A model generated the notes under the pieces. It saw nothing but the letters and a program-made list of their open reading frames with translations. It searched no databases and was not told the DNA's origin. From the NCBI GenBank assembly GCA_902511005.1, contig CABXDN010000005.1, forward strand, positions 9,707 through 73,706: DNA of 64,000 nucleotides, given 5' to 3'. How positions within the stretch are numbered: the first letter of the stretch is position 1; every line of letters begins with the position of its first letter. The DNA comes from an uncultured Candidatus Poseidoniales archaeon. Lineage in GTDB: Archaea; Thermoplasmatota; Poseidoniia; Poseidoniales; Thalassarchaeaceae. Below, piece after piece: positions 1-8,975 of this stretch. The position numbers and the translations under genes were made by a program.

Positions 1-1
1 A

Positions 2-184
2 TCTCAACAACAGCTAGAATCTATACCTGGAATCGGTAAAAAAGGTGCCTGGAGAATCATAAGTTCTCGAGCTAGAGCAAGTCGTAAATCGGATACGCCC
101 TTCATTTCCGTTGAACAGGCTTTCAGTTCTGCTAATCTTGAGATTCCTCCGATTGCTAAAAAAGTATTGAAATGTGATGCATGA
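2..184 (+). CDS. 3' end of a gene entering from upstream of the window; helix-hairpin-helix-like C-terminus, family not assignable
   Basis: Frame 2 is open from the window edge to TGA at 182-184. The tail reads ...QQQLESIPGIGKKGAWRIISSRARASRKSDTPF..., an L-x-x-IPGIG-x-x-x-A HhH-type motif. Confidence 0.45.
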   Translation, partial: SQQQLESIPGIGKKGAWRIISSRARASRKSDTPFISVEQAFSSANLEIPPIAKKVLKCDA

Positions 185-236
185 CTATATCAATCTAGAG
201 CAATAGTGATATTCTCCAGATAGGCGCTAAGGGTGT

Positions 237-3200
237 ATGTCCAGTATTATGCCAGTGCAAAAATATCTTACGGCCACGATTTGTTTACTATTTCTAACAG
301 TCCCAATTCTTAATTTCATTGATTCATACGAAGAGATTGATTCGACTGAAAATGAATATTTTTCTATAAGTAAATCAGTATCTGGACTTAATTCACCTGG
401 TTCTGAAAAAGGAAATGTTTTTTCAAATTCAGTTTTTGAAATGAACTCTGATAGTCCTAATTTAGTTCTTGACAACGGGTCAGTAGTTTCTTTCATCAAT
501 GGTTCAGCGAATTTCTTTGAAGATAATATAATTTCAATTTCAGGTCAATGTTCTCTTTTAGGTAATTACAGTCTTTACTGCTCCGGCTTGAATAATTATG
601 GTCAACTTGGTTTAGGTAACCAACAATTATTAAGCGGATATGTAGATTTAGGTGATAAAATCCCAGCTGCATTAAGTCAAGGGAATAATCACTTTTGTGC
701 TATTCTTGATGATGGATCTGTATCTTGTTGGGGTAGGAATAATAAGGGGCAATTAGGTGATGGTTCGAATAGTAATCGGAATTCTCCCACTGCAGTTAAT
801 CTTGGAGTGAATAAAACAGCAGTATCAATCTCAGCAGGCTTAGATTTCACCTGTGCTTTACTGAATACAGGAGAAGTATCCTGTTGGGGAGATAATTCTT
901 ACGGAATATTTGCTGATGGTACCACTACTGATAGTAATACTCCTGTAATAGTCAATCATTCGATTGGTGAAAGTGTAGTGTCAATATCAACGCCAGGATA
1001 TAGTGTATGCGTAATTTCTTCAAGTGGTTCAATTAGTTGTTGGGGGTATTCATACACTATCTCATCTCTTGGTGGCCAGTTGACTAATGGTTCAATCTCT
1101 TTGTCTTTAGATTCTGGCCGTTCAGCAATTTCTATTCAGGGTACTAATTCCCATGCTTGTGCTATACTAGATAATGGTTCGATTAATTGTTGGGGAGTTA
1201 ATACCTATGGTCAACTTGGAAATGGTGAGTGCTCTTCTGTTATTCCTTCAAGTGGTTGTACGGGTTCTAATACCAATACACCTCAATATGTGGATTTTTC
1301 TTCCTCAAATATCTCAGATGATATGATCGCAATTACCTTAGGTTTAGAATCGACTTGTTCTATATCAAATTCATATGATATATTCTGCTGGGGGAATCAG
1401 GATGGTCAATTCGATAATACTACGAATTTTTTAATATCTCCTTACTTGATGAATTTTTCAAATGGTCATGAAATTTCTTTTTCAGATCAAGATATGGATG
1501 GTGATGGAATAACTAATTTGCTTGATGTACATATGATAGGGGATGACGATGGAGATGGTGTCCCCTCTCCTAATGACCCGTATCCAAATAATCCTGCTCG
1601 ATGGATGAATTGTGATCTTGGCTCGTGGGGAAGGATCACTTGTAACGAGTCTTCTATTGGACATTATTCATTACCTTCCGCATTATATCAATCTGAATGC
1701 CCTCTGGGTGAGTATCAGCACCAAACAGGTAAATCAGTTTGTAGTAAGGCTTCTGCCGGACATTATGTCAATTCATTAGCATCTCCTTCTCAAACAATTT
1801 GTCCAGAAGGTTATTATCAACAAGAAATAGGGGCGACATCTTGTGAAATTTCAGACCCTGGTAGTTTTGTATCTACTTCTACTGGTGATTCAGGTGATTC
1901 TAACCTTAGTTATAATAATTTGAGTTCTAATAGCGCTAGTTATACTGCTCGCATCAGTTCCTCTTCAGACATGTACGATTACTATATGATTGATATTGAT
2001 AAATTATATGGGGTATGGATAAATATCGAGTCTTCAAATGCTGAAATCGGTATTTCTTTGTATAGTTCAACTTTCAGTATGATTGATTCTAACAATAGTT
2101 CTGGTTTTAGTTCCAAATCAGTCAGTACGAATAGCACTTCTAGTTCATCGTCACGAAGTATATATATTGAGATTGAAAGAATAAATTCCACAGGTCAGTA
2201 TCATATGAATCTAAGCTATTTCAATACTGAGGATTTCTCAATAATCGGTGATTTGAATAATGTTATTGATGCAGAAATAGGGGTAAATCAAGAGTTATGC
2301 CCTGTAGGTACATTCGAGCCAAACTCTGGTAGTGCATCCTGTACAAACGCTGCCCAGGGTTACTTTGTATCTACTTCTGGTGCAACTTCACAGATACCCT
2401 GTTCTCCTGGGACTTATCAAGGACTAACCGGTCAATCAGGATGTTTAACGACTTCACTAGGTTACTACACTTCTGCATTTGGTTCTTTTACACAGACTCC
2501 TGCATCTCTTGGTTACTATGTCAATACTGTGGGTGCCACTAGTCAACAGTCTTGCCTAGCAGGGACATATCAAAACCAAACTGCTCAAACAACTTGTATA
2601 GATACAGATTCGGGATATTATACGTCTGTTTCAGGTTCACCTAATCAAATAGCGTGTACAAATGGTAGTTATCAACCTAATACAGGTCAAACATCTTGTA
2701 TTCTTGCATCCCCTGGTAATTTTGTTTCTTCTCCCGCATCTACTTATCAGAGTCCATGTACTCCTGGTAATTACCAACCTTATTCTGGACAATCATATTG
2801 TATTCAAGCAAGCCAAGGGAACTATTCTTCAGCCCCTCAATCGGTATCTCAAACACCTTGTAGTGTAGGTACATTCCAGCCCTCTACGGGTCAATTCAGA
2901 TGTATCGAGGCAGCACCTGGACATTATGTCCCTACTAATGGTTCAGCATTTCAAACCGAATGTAGTCTAGGAACTTATCAACCTTCAACATCTAGTTTAA
3001 GTTGCTTAGATGCGACTCCAGGTTATTTCGTAGATAATCTAGGTTCACCTTCTCAAACACCATGTACTCCTGGGACATATAATCCAAACGTTGCTTCAAC
3101 TAACTCTAGTGCGTGCTTAGATGCCGATATCGGATATCATGTACCAAATGAAGGAGAATCATCACAATTGATTTGTTCTCTTGGGACTTACCAGCCTAAT

Positions 3201-5045
3201 AGTGGTGAACCCTCCTGTATTGATGCCGATTCTGGATATTTTGTAGATATGTTTGGAGCGACGAATCAAACTTCCTGCGAACCAGGGAATTATCAGCCTC
3301 AAGCAGCTCAATCTAGTTGTTATAATTCCGATCCTGGCTACTATGTTTCATCATTCGCAGCGAATCAACAAATACCATGCTCGATTGGAAGTTATAACCC
3401 CTCTTCTTCATCAATAAGTCCTGATTCTTGTATTCTTGCTGATTCCGGTCACTTTGTATCTACAGAAGGTTCCTCGTCTCAGAATATTTGCCTAGAAGGT
3501 ACTTACCAGCCATCTGAAGGGTCAGATTCTTGTTTAGATGCTCCTGAAGGTACTTTTGTTCTGAATTTAGGTCAATCAAATTATGTTGAATGTCCCCCTG
3601 GTACTTATCAGCCTGCAACTAAACAAACGGTTTGTATTTCTACTGAACCTGGATATTTCTCCTCTGATTCAATGTCAATTTCTCAAACTCCTTGTTCACC
3701 TGGGACTTACCAGCCATCATATGCACAATCATCTTGTATTGATGCAGATATAGGGTATTATGTATCAGATGAGGCTCAATCTAATCAACAGATAAATCCA
3801 TATGATTTTTATACCGATTCTCCAGGAAGTACATTCTTGTGGGCATGCCCTACATCTTACATTACTATCATTCAGGGCGCCAGTTCAGTTGGCGATTGCT
3901 TGCTAGATTCAGATGCTGATCGGATCATTGATTTAGATGACATAGATGATGACGGAGACGGCCGAATAGATTCAGTAGATGATTGCACTCCAGGTCTTAT
4001 TAATTGGATTAGCAACTTATCTAGCGATGCAGATGCTGACGGTTGTCAAGATATTGGCGAAGATACTGATGATGATAACGATTTGACGATCGATATACTC
4101 GATGCTTTCCCTAAAGATCCCTCTGAAGATACTGATACTGATGCAGATGGTATAGGTGATAATTCAGATACAGATGATGATGGAGATGGGTGGTTAGATT
4201 CTATAGAATTGATTTGTGAAACAGATCCTATGTTATCACAATCTATCCCTTTGGACACTGATTCAGATCTTGAATGTGATTTAATAGATACAGATGACGA
4301 TAATGACAATTATCCAGATAATGGAGATTGGAGACCCCTAGATGGCTCAGAATGGGTAGATACAGATAATGATGGAATAGGGAACAATGCAGATACTGAC
4401 GATGATGGGGATGGTCTATCAGATATTGATGAGATAAAATATGGCACTAATCCATTATTGGCAGATACTGATAATGATGGCTACATCGATTCAGATGATA
4501 TTTTCCCTAATGATACATCTGAGTGGGAAGACTCTGATGGTGATGGTAAAGGGGATAATTCAGACTCACACCCTGGCCTCAAATATTTTCAGAATGATTT
4601 TCAGTTTGTTCTGAGTATTCTTGTTAGTATCTCAATACTAGTAATAATTGGTTTCTTAGGTGTAATTGGCTTACGAAAAAATAAGTTAGATGAAAGAGAC
4701 GTCTCTGAAGAAGAAAAACCAACGATTGAAGTTGATTACGACTATGAAGGGATGCCTACAGTGAACGAAATTGAAAATCAAGAATTAACAGATGTTGAAT
4801 CTAAAGACGAAAAGCCAGTTGTAGAAGAGATGAGAAACACCTCTCACATTGATGCACTTCTTGAAGAATTACCCACTCCGCCTAAGCCACAAAAAATAAC
4901 TCCTCCTGAGGGGACCCCTGTCAATGAGTATGGTCAGAAAGTTTGGGCTGATGAAACTGGACAGGTTTGGTGTCAAAATTCTGATGATTCAATATTAAGG
5001 CACGATGCCGCTACTGGTGGCTGGGTTCAGTATCATAACTATTAG
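237..5045 (+). CDS. giant (1602 aa) membrane-anchored surface protein: RCC1-like repeats, PPC-like domain, about 14 cysteine modules, thrombospondin-type-3-like Asp-rich Ca-binding repeats, C-terminal TM helix and 123-aa cytoplasmic tail
   Basis: Single uninterrupted ORF with a hydrophobic N-terminus (LTATICLLFLTVPIL). Repeats of the C(A/S)ILxxGxxxCWGxNxxGQLG type span aa ~100-395 (nt 534-1421). DMYDYYMIDI...IYIEIERIN resembles pre-peptidase C-terminal domains. Cysteine modules span aa 688-1180. DTDxDGxGDNxDxDDDGDG repeats span aa 1224-1445. The TM helix FVLSILVSISILVIIGFLGVIGL (nt 4602-4673) is followed by RKNK. Confidence 0.85.
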   Translation: MSSIMPVQKYLTATICLLFLTVPILNFIDSYEEIDSTENEYFSISKSVSGLNSPGSEKGNVFSNSVFEMNSDSPNLVLDNGSVVSFINGSANFFEDNIISISGQCSLLGNYSLYCSGLNNYGQLGLGNQQLLSGYVDLGDKIPAALSQGNNHFCAILDDGSVSCWGRNNKGQLGDGSNSNRNSPTAVNLGVNKTAVSISAGLDFTCALLNTGEVSCWGDNSYGIFADGTTTDSNTPVIVNHSIGESVVSISTPGYSVCVISSSGSISCWGYSYTISSLGGQLTNGSISLSLDSGRSAISIQGTNSHACAILDNGSINCWGVNTYGQLGNGECSSVIPSSGCTGSNTNTPQYVDFSSSNISDDMIAITLGLESTCSISNSYDIFCWGNQDGQFDNTTNFLISPYLMNFSNGHEISFSDQDMDGDGITNLLDVHMIGDDDGDGVPSPNDPYPNNPARWMNCDLGSWGRITCNESSIGHYSLPSALYQSECPLGEYQHQTGKSVCSKASAGHYVNSLASPSQTICPEGYYQQEIGATSCEISDPGSFVSTSTGDSGDSNLSYNNLSSNSASYTARISSSSDMYDYYMIDIDKLYGVWINIESSNAEIGISLYSSTFSMIDSNNSSGFSSKSVSTNSTSSSSSRSIYIEIERINSTGQYHMNLSYFNTEDFSIIGDLNNVIDAEIGVNQELCPVGTFEPNSGSASCTNAAQGYFVSTSGATSQIPCSPGTYQGLTGQSGCLTTSLGYYTSAFGSFTQTPASLGYYVNTVGATSQQSCLAGTYQNQTAQTTCIDTDSGYYTSVSGSPNQIACTNGSYQPNTGQTSCILASPGNFVSSPASTYQSPCTPGNYQPYSGQSYCIQASQGNYSSAPQSVSQTPCSVGTFQPSTGQFRCIEAAPGHYVPTNGSAFQTECSLGTYQPSTSSLSCLDATPGYFVDNLGSPSQTPCTPGTYNPNVASTNSSACLDADIGYHVPNEGESSQLICSLGTYQPNSGEPSCIDADSGYFVDMFGATNQTSCEPGNYQPQAAQSSCYNSDPGYYVSSFAANQQIPCSIGSYNPSSSSISPDSCILADSGHFVSTEGSSSQNICLEGTYQPSEGSDSCLDAPEGTFVLNLGQSNYVECPPGTYQPATKQTVCISTEPGYFSSDSMSISQTPCSPGTYQPSYAQSSCIDADIGYYVSDEAQSNQQINPYDFYTDSPGSTFLWACPTSYITIIQGASSVGDCLLDSDADRIIDLDDIDDDGDGRIDSVDDCTPGLINWISNLSSDADADGCQDIGEDTDDDNDLTIDILDAFPKDPSEDTDTDADGIGDNSDTDDDGDGWLDSIELICETDPMLSQSIPLDTDSDLECDLIDTDDDNDNYPDNGDWRPLDGSEWVDTDNDGIGNNADTDDDGDGLSDIDEIKYGTNPLLADTDNDGYIDSDDIFPNDTSEWEDSDGDGKGDNSDSHPGLKYFQNDFQFVLSILVSISILVIIGFLGVIGLRKNKLDERDVSEEEKPTIEVDYDYEGMPTVNEIENQELTDVESKDEKPVVEEMRNTSHIDALLEELPTPPKPQKITPPEGTPVNEYGQKVWADETGQVWCQNSDDSILRHDAATGGWVQYHNY
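2298..3776 (+). repeat. in-frame tandem array of about 14 copies of a 34-aa (102-nt) two-cysteine module inside the giant surface gene
   Basis: First-Cys positions are 773, 807, 841, 875, 909, 943, 980, 1014, 1048, 1085, 1119 and 1153, so spacing is 34 aa with two units of 37. Consensus is C-x2-G-T-Y-Q-P-x2-G-Q-x-S-C-x3-x-G-Y-(F/Y)-V-x3-G-x3-Q-x-x. Confidence 0.75.
3906..4571 (+). repeat. Asp-rich calcium-binding-type (thrombospondin type 3-like) repeat region inside the giant surface gene
   Basis: Reiterated DxDxDGxxDxxD strings, e.g. DTDTDADGIGDNSDTDDDGDGWLD, DTDNDGIGNNADTDDDGDGLSD and DSDGDGKGDNSD. Confidence 0.7.
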
Positions 5046-6022
5046 AATTGAATTACGTTAGCTCCCCATGCTAGTCCGCCACCAAATGCTGCAGTAACTA
5101 CTAAACTTCCTTCTTTTATGAGTCCTTTATCCATTGCTTCATGCATCGCAATTGGTACACTTGCACCCGCAGTATTCCCATATTTATGTAAATTAGTGAA
5201 TGTTTTTTCCATATCTAGGCCTAATTTTTCCATTCCCTTTTTTATGATATTTATGTTGGCTTGATGAGGGATAATCAGGTCAACCTCATCTATTGTTTTC
5301 CCCACCTTTGAAAGAGCATTAGTTACTGCTTGAGGAAAAGCCTCGATTGCGAAGTCCCAAACTGCTCTTCCATCCATATGGAAATACTGTTGTCCTTCTT
5401 CAAAATTATCTGAGTTAAATGGAGTTCTTACACCTCCTGATGGTATTTCAATTACTGAAGATCCAGAACCATCTGACATCAACCATGAACCTAATATTCC
5501 ATCCCCTGATTTCACTTTTGAAAGAACTGCTGCACCCGCTCCGTCTCCGAATAATACGCATGTCGCCCGATCCTTCCAATTTAGGATTCTTGAATATATT
5601 TCTGAGCCAACAACAAGAACATTTTCATATCCACTAGTTCCCACAAATCTTGACCCTATATCTAGTGCGTGTACCCACCCTGCACAAACGGCATTTATAT
5701 CGAAAGCAGCACAATTTACACATCCCAATTTATCTTGAATAATTCCTGCCGTAGATGACAAGGGGACGTCAGGTGAAGAAGTAGCCAAAATCAGTAAATC
5801 GATATCTTTAGGGAGTAAATTTGCATTTTTTAGAGCTTGTTTACACGCTTCTACTGCAAGATCCGAAGTGCAAACATCAGGACTTGCAATTCTTCTTTTT
5901 TTCATGCCAGTTTTTGTTGTTATCCACTCATCACTCGTATCTACAAATTCCATCCAATCTTCATTACTCATTTCATGTGGGGGGACATATGAACCTAAAC
6001 CAATTATTCCAACAGATACCAT
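5042..6022 (-). CDS. fabH: 3-oxoacyl-ACP synthase III (KAS III, FabH-type condensing enzyme)
   Basis: 326 aa. The catalytic contexts are visible: FDINAVCAGW (Cys), IPHQANINII (His), YGNTAGASVPIA (Asn). Ends in C-terminal AFGGGLAWGA. Its stop overlaps the convergent giant gene by 4 nt. Confidence 0.85.
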   Translation of the reverse strand: MVSVGIIGLGSYVPPHEMSNEDWMEFVDTSDEWITTKTGMKKRRIASPDVCTSDLAVEACKQALKNANLLPKDIDLLILATSSPDVPLSSTAGIIQDKLGCVNCAAFDINAVCAGWVHALDIGSRFVGTSGYENVLVVGSEIYSRILNWKDRATCVLFGDGAGAAVLSKVKSGDGILGSWLMSDGSGSSVIEIPSGGVRTPFNSDNFEEGQQYFHMDGRAVWDFAIEAFPQAVTNALSKVGKTIDEVDLIIPHQANINIIKKGMEKLGLDMEKTFTNLHKYGNTAGASVPIAMHEAMDKGLIKEGSLVVTAAFGGGLAWGANVIQF

Positions 6023-6156
6023 GTTATCATGCGCGGCTAAACAACTATACTTTCAGTCTTACCGCATTTTTTATGATTCAGATGATGTTTAGTTAATTGA
6101 AGCATTATTTCCAATAATAGGCCAAACATGAAATCTAAAGAGCCCATCTTAGGTAT

Positions 6157-7518
6157 ATGGCATCGTTTGGAGATCATCCACCTCTACCTGAAATTCTCGA
6201 AGAATTGCTATTGGATGACTCCGTCTCTACTGTATTCTTGAAGGCTGAATGTAAGCCTAGAGTCAAAAGCGGGCATATAACTTCTTTGAGTCTTAATGAG
6301 CTCGAAAGAGAATTGTGGGACAAACCATCTTTAGAAAATCTTTCAGATGATTTGTCATTAATTATTGAGCAAAACTCAGCACGTTCTGATTGTTTTATAG
6401 AAATTGAACGTGAGGGTTGCAAAGTTATGCAGATTGGAGATTTGAGAGTTAGTTGTGCCTGGCCTCCATTCTCCGATGCATGGGAAATTACAGTTGTCCG
6501 CCCCGTTGCTAATTTACAATTATCTGATTATAAGTTAGACCAAGAATTAATTAATAGAATTTCGAACCACCATAGAGGGATATTTGTCGTAGGTAAACCC
6601 GGTTCTGGGAAAACCACTTTTGCTCAAGCAATAGCCTCTTATCTTGACTCAGAAATGGGTGCTATGGTAAAAACTATGGAATCTCCTAGGGATTTACAAG
6701 TTCCACAGAGAGTGACACAATATGCACCTTTAGAAGGAGATTTAGAGAAAACAGCTGAAATTATCTTCCTATTAAGACCTGATTTTGTAATATTTGATGA
6801 AGTTCGCCGAGCGCGTGATTTCGAAATATTCGGTGATGTGAGATTAGCAGGAGTCGGTCTTTTAGGAGTTACTCATGCTAATAGTGGCCTTCAGGCTATA
6901 CAGAGGCTAGTTGGTAAAGTAGAACTTGGTCTAATTTCTCAAGTACTAGACACAGTTATTCATATTGAAAAAGGAAAAATAAACCAAGTTCTAGAACTGA
7001 AAATGGTAGTTAGAGCACCTACTGGTATGGAATCAGATTTAAGCCGTCCAGTGATTGAAATTAGAGAGTTCCCTTCCAATCGTTTAACTCATGAAATGTT
7101 CGCCTTTGGCTCAGAAATTGCTGTTGTTCCTGTAACAGGTTCAGGCGAAGATGGAGGTAGTCCCGCTTGGAATTTGGCTGCAGAAGAACTCAAGAGGGAG
7201 GCAACTAGACTAACTGGTATCACTGTGAAACATGCAAAATTCCTCACAGATTCATCTGCTGCTGTTTATGTCGATGATTCTGCAATAGGTTCAATGATTG
7301 GTTCAGGAGGGGAAGGTATACGTAGACTTGAACAGGATATTGGTATCAAACTCGACGTTCAATCTGTCCAAGAATTACCTAGAGGATTAAGAAAGAAGCT
7401 AGAAAAAAGTAATTATTCAGACGTTGACACTAGTTCTTGGTCGAATAAACCTGGACGGAATTGGGATTCTAAATCTGGTAAAGCAAAGAGAGGAAAAGGT
7501 AGAAAGAGCCGTCGTTAA
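6157..7518 (+). CDS. PilT/PhoH-like ATPase with C-terminal KH domain (archaeal COG1855-type architecture)
   Basis: Walker A GKPGSGKTTFAQAIA and Walker B-like FVIFDEVR. Conserved AWPPFSDAWEITVVRPV block. KH-like GSMIGSGGEGIRRLEQDIGIKLDV, then a Lys/Arg-rich tail. Confidence 0.7.
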   Translation: MASFGDHPPLPEILEELLLDDSVSTVFLKAECKPRVKSGHITSLSLNELERELWDKPSLENLSDDLSLIIEQNSARSDCFIEIEREGCKVMQIGDLRVSCAWPPFSDAWEITVVRPVANLQLSDYKLDQELINRISNHHRGIFVVGKPGSGKTTFAQAIASYLDSEMGAMVKTMESPRDLQVPQRVTQYAPLEGDLEKTAEIIFLLRPDFVIFDEVRRARDFEIFGDVRLAGVGLLGVTHANSGLQAIQRLVGKVELGLISQVLDTVIHIEKGKINQVLELKMVVRAPTGMESDLSRPVIEIREFPSNRLTHEMFAFGSEIAVVPVTGSGEDGGSPAWNLAAEELKREATRLTGITVKHAKFLTDSSAAVYVDDSAIGSMIGSGGEGIRRLEQDIGIKLDVQSVQELPRGLRKKLEKSNYSDVDTSSWSNKPGRNWDSKSGKAKRGKGRKSRR

Positions 7519-8975
7519 TCATGCTTGGTACAAATATTCATTGTTTCTGAGAAAAATCCTATGCTCCATCTTCCTCCTTCTCTTCCTATGCCTGAATCTT
7601 TCACTCCACCAAACGGAGTCCTTAAATCTCTATGAAGCCATGTATTTATCCATATCATTCCAGTATGAATTGATTCGGCAACCCTGTTCGCTTTCTCCAA
7701 ATCCTCGGTCCAAATACTACCCGCCAAGCCATATCTTGTATTGTTTGCAATTTGAATTGCATGTTCATCATTAGTAAATTTATGAATAGTTACGACAGGC
7801 CCGAATATTTCTTCAGTTGAACAACGTGATTCTACGCTTAAGTCAGCAATTACTGTAGGAGCTATCCAATTTCCATTTTCAAACTCTTTTGGTAGACATG
7901 GATATCCTCCTGTAAGAATTCTCCCCCCCTCTTGTTTAGCAATTCGTATATATTCTTCAATTTTTGATAAGTGTTCAGGAGATATTAATGCCCCCAGTGC
8001 TGTATTTTCGTCCGAAGGGTCACCTATTTTCATATTCTCAACTTCTTCAACAAATTTCTGTATGAATTGATCATAAATTCCTTCTTGAACGAGTATTCTA
8101 CTTCCGCAAAGACAGACTTGTCCTTGATTCAAGAAACCAGATCTAACTACGCCTGTGACCGTTTTTTCTAAATCACAATCGTTAAAAATTATACTTGAAT
8201 TTTTACCACCTAATTCAAGACTTAATTTCTTAAATGATGCGGCTGCTGATTGTGCAACTATTGATCCCGTAGAAGTTCCTCCTGTGAATGATACCAGATC
8301 GATATCATCATGAGATACTAACGGTGATCCTGCGCTTTTTCCGTCTCCATGAATAAGATTAACCACTCCCTTTGGTAAATTAATTTCATCAATTGTTTTC
8401 ATCAATAAATCTGCAGTCATTGGTGTCAATTCACTTGGTTTACAAATCACCGTGTTCCCCATTCCTATTGCAGGTGCAACTTTCCATGAAAGTAAATATA
8501 GAGGTAAATTCCAAGGTGTTATGAGTGCTCCTACTCCTACTGGTTTGTAGATTACTCTATTCGTGGCATCTTCCATTTCAAAATATTCTACTTCTAAATC
8601 TCTTATCATGTTTGCAAAAAATCGGAAATTTTTCACTGAACGATAGGCATCAACCTCTCTCGCTAAAGAAATTGGTTTCCCCGTATCTTTACTTTCTAAG
8701 TGTGCAATATTTTCATACTTTAATTCCAAACAATCTGCAATCTTATCTAACCAGTCTGCCCTTTGATTATGTGTCAAAGAGGACCAATATGGCAATGCTT
8801 CTTTAGCAGATTTAACTGCTTTATCTACATCTCTTTCATTTGATTTTGGCACCTTGCCAATAATTTCTCCAGTAGCGGGTGAATAATCATTCATCCATTC
8901 TCCTGAGTCAGATTCTACAAATTTCCCAGAGATATAATTTTCGAGTTTCACTTTATCCCTCCAACCCACCTTCAT
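7515..8975 (-). CDS. NAD(P)-dependent aldehyde dehydrogenase (hydroxy-/aminomuconic-semialdehyde dehydrogenase-like subgroup)
   Basis: ALDH signatures LELGGKNSSIIF (catalytic Glu) and FLNQGQVCLCGSR (catalytic Cys). C-terminal WINTWLHRDLRTPFGGVKDSGIGREGG. Confidence 0.88.
   Translation of the reverse strand: MKVGWRDKVKLENYISGKFVESDSGEWMNDYSPATGEIIGKVPKSNERDVDKAVKSAKEALPYWSSLTHNQRADWLDKIADCLELKYENIAHLESKDTGKPISLAREVDAYRSVKNFRFFANMIRDLEVEYFEMEDATNRVIYKPVGVGALITPWNLPLYLLSWKVAPAIGMGNTVICKPSELTPMTADLLMKTIDEINLPKGVVNLIHGDGKSAGSPLVSHDDIDLVSFTGGTSTGSIVAQSAAASFKKLSLELGGKNSSIIFNDCDLEKTVTGVVRSGFLNQGQVCLCGSRILVQEGIYDQFIQKFVEEVENMKIGDPSDENTALGALISPEHLSKIEEYIRIAKQEGGRILTGGYPCLPKEFENGNWIAPTVIADLSVESRCSTEEIFGPVVTIHKFTNDEHAIQIANNTRYGLAGSIWTEDLEKANRVAESIHTGMIWINTWLHRDLRTPFGGVKDSGIGREGGRWSIGFFSETMNICTKHD

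Noticed and set aside
227-4309. Short ORFs antisense to or in other frames of the giant surface gene (227-499, 1482-1664, 1982-2191, 2662-2868, 4046-4309)
   Set aside because: They are fully nested in a 1602-codon ORF with clear domain content. Their translations are low-complexity Ser/Ile-rich mirror images of the repeats.
3906-4571. Highly repetitive GAT/GAC-rich DNA that superficially looks like a repeat array
   Set aside because: It is in frame within the giant ORF and encodes Asp-rich calcium-binding loops. There is no repeat-spacer organisation, so it is not a CRISPR array or satellite.
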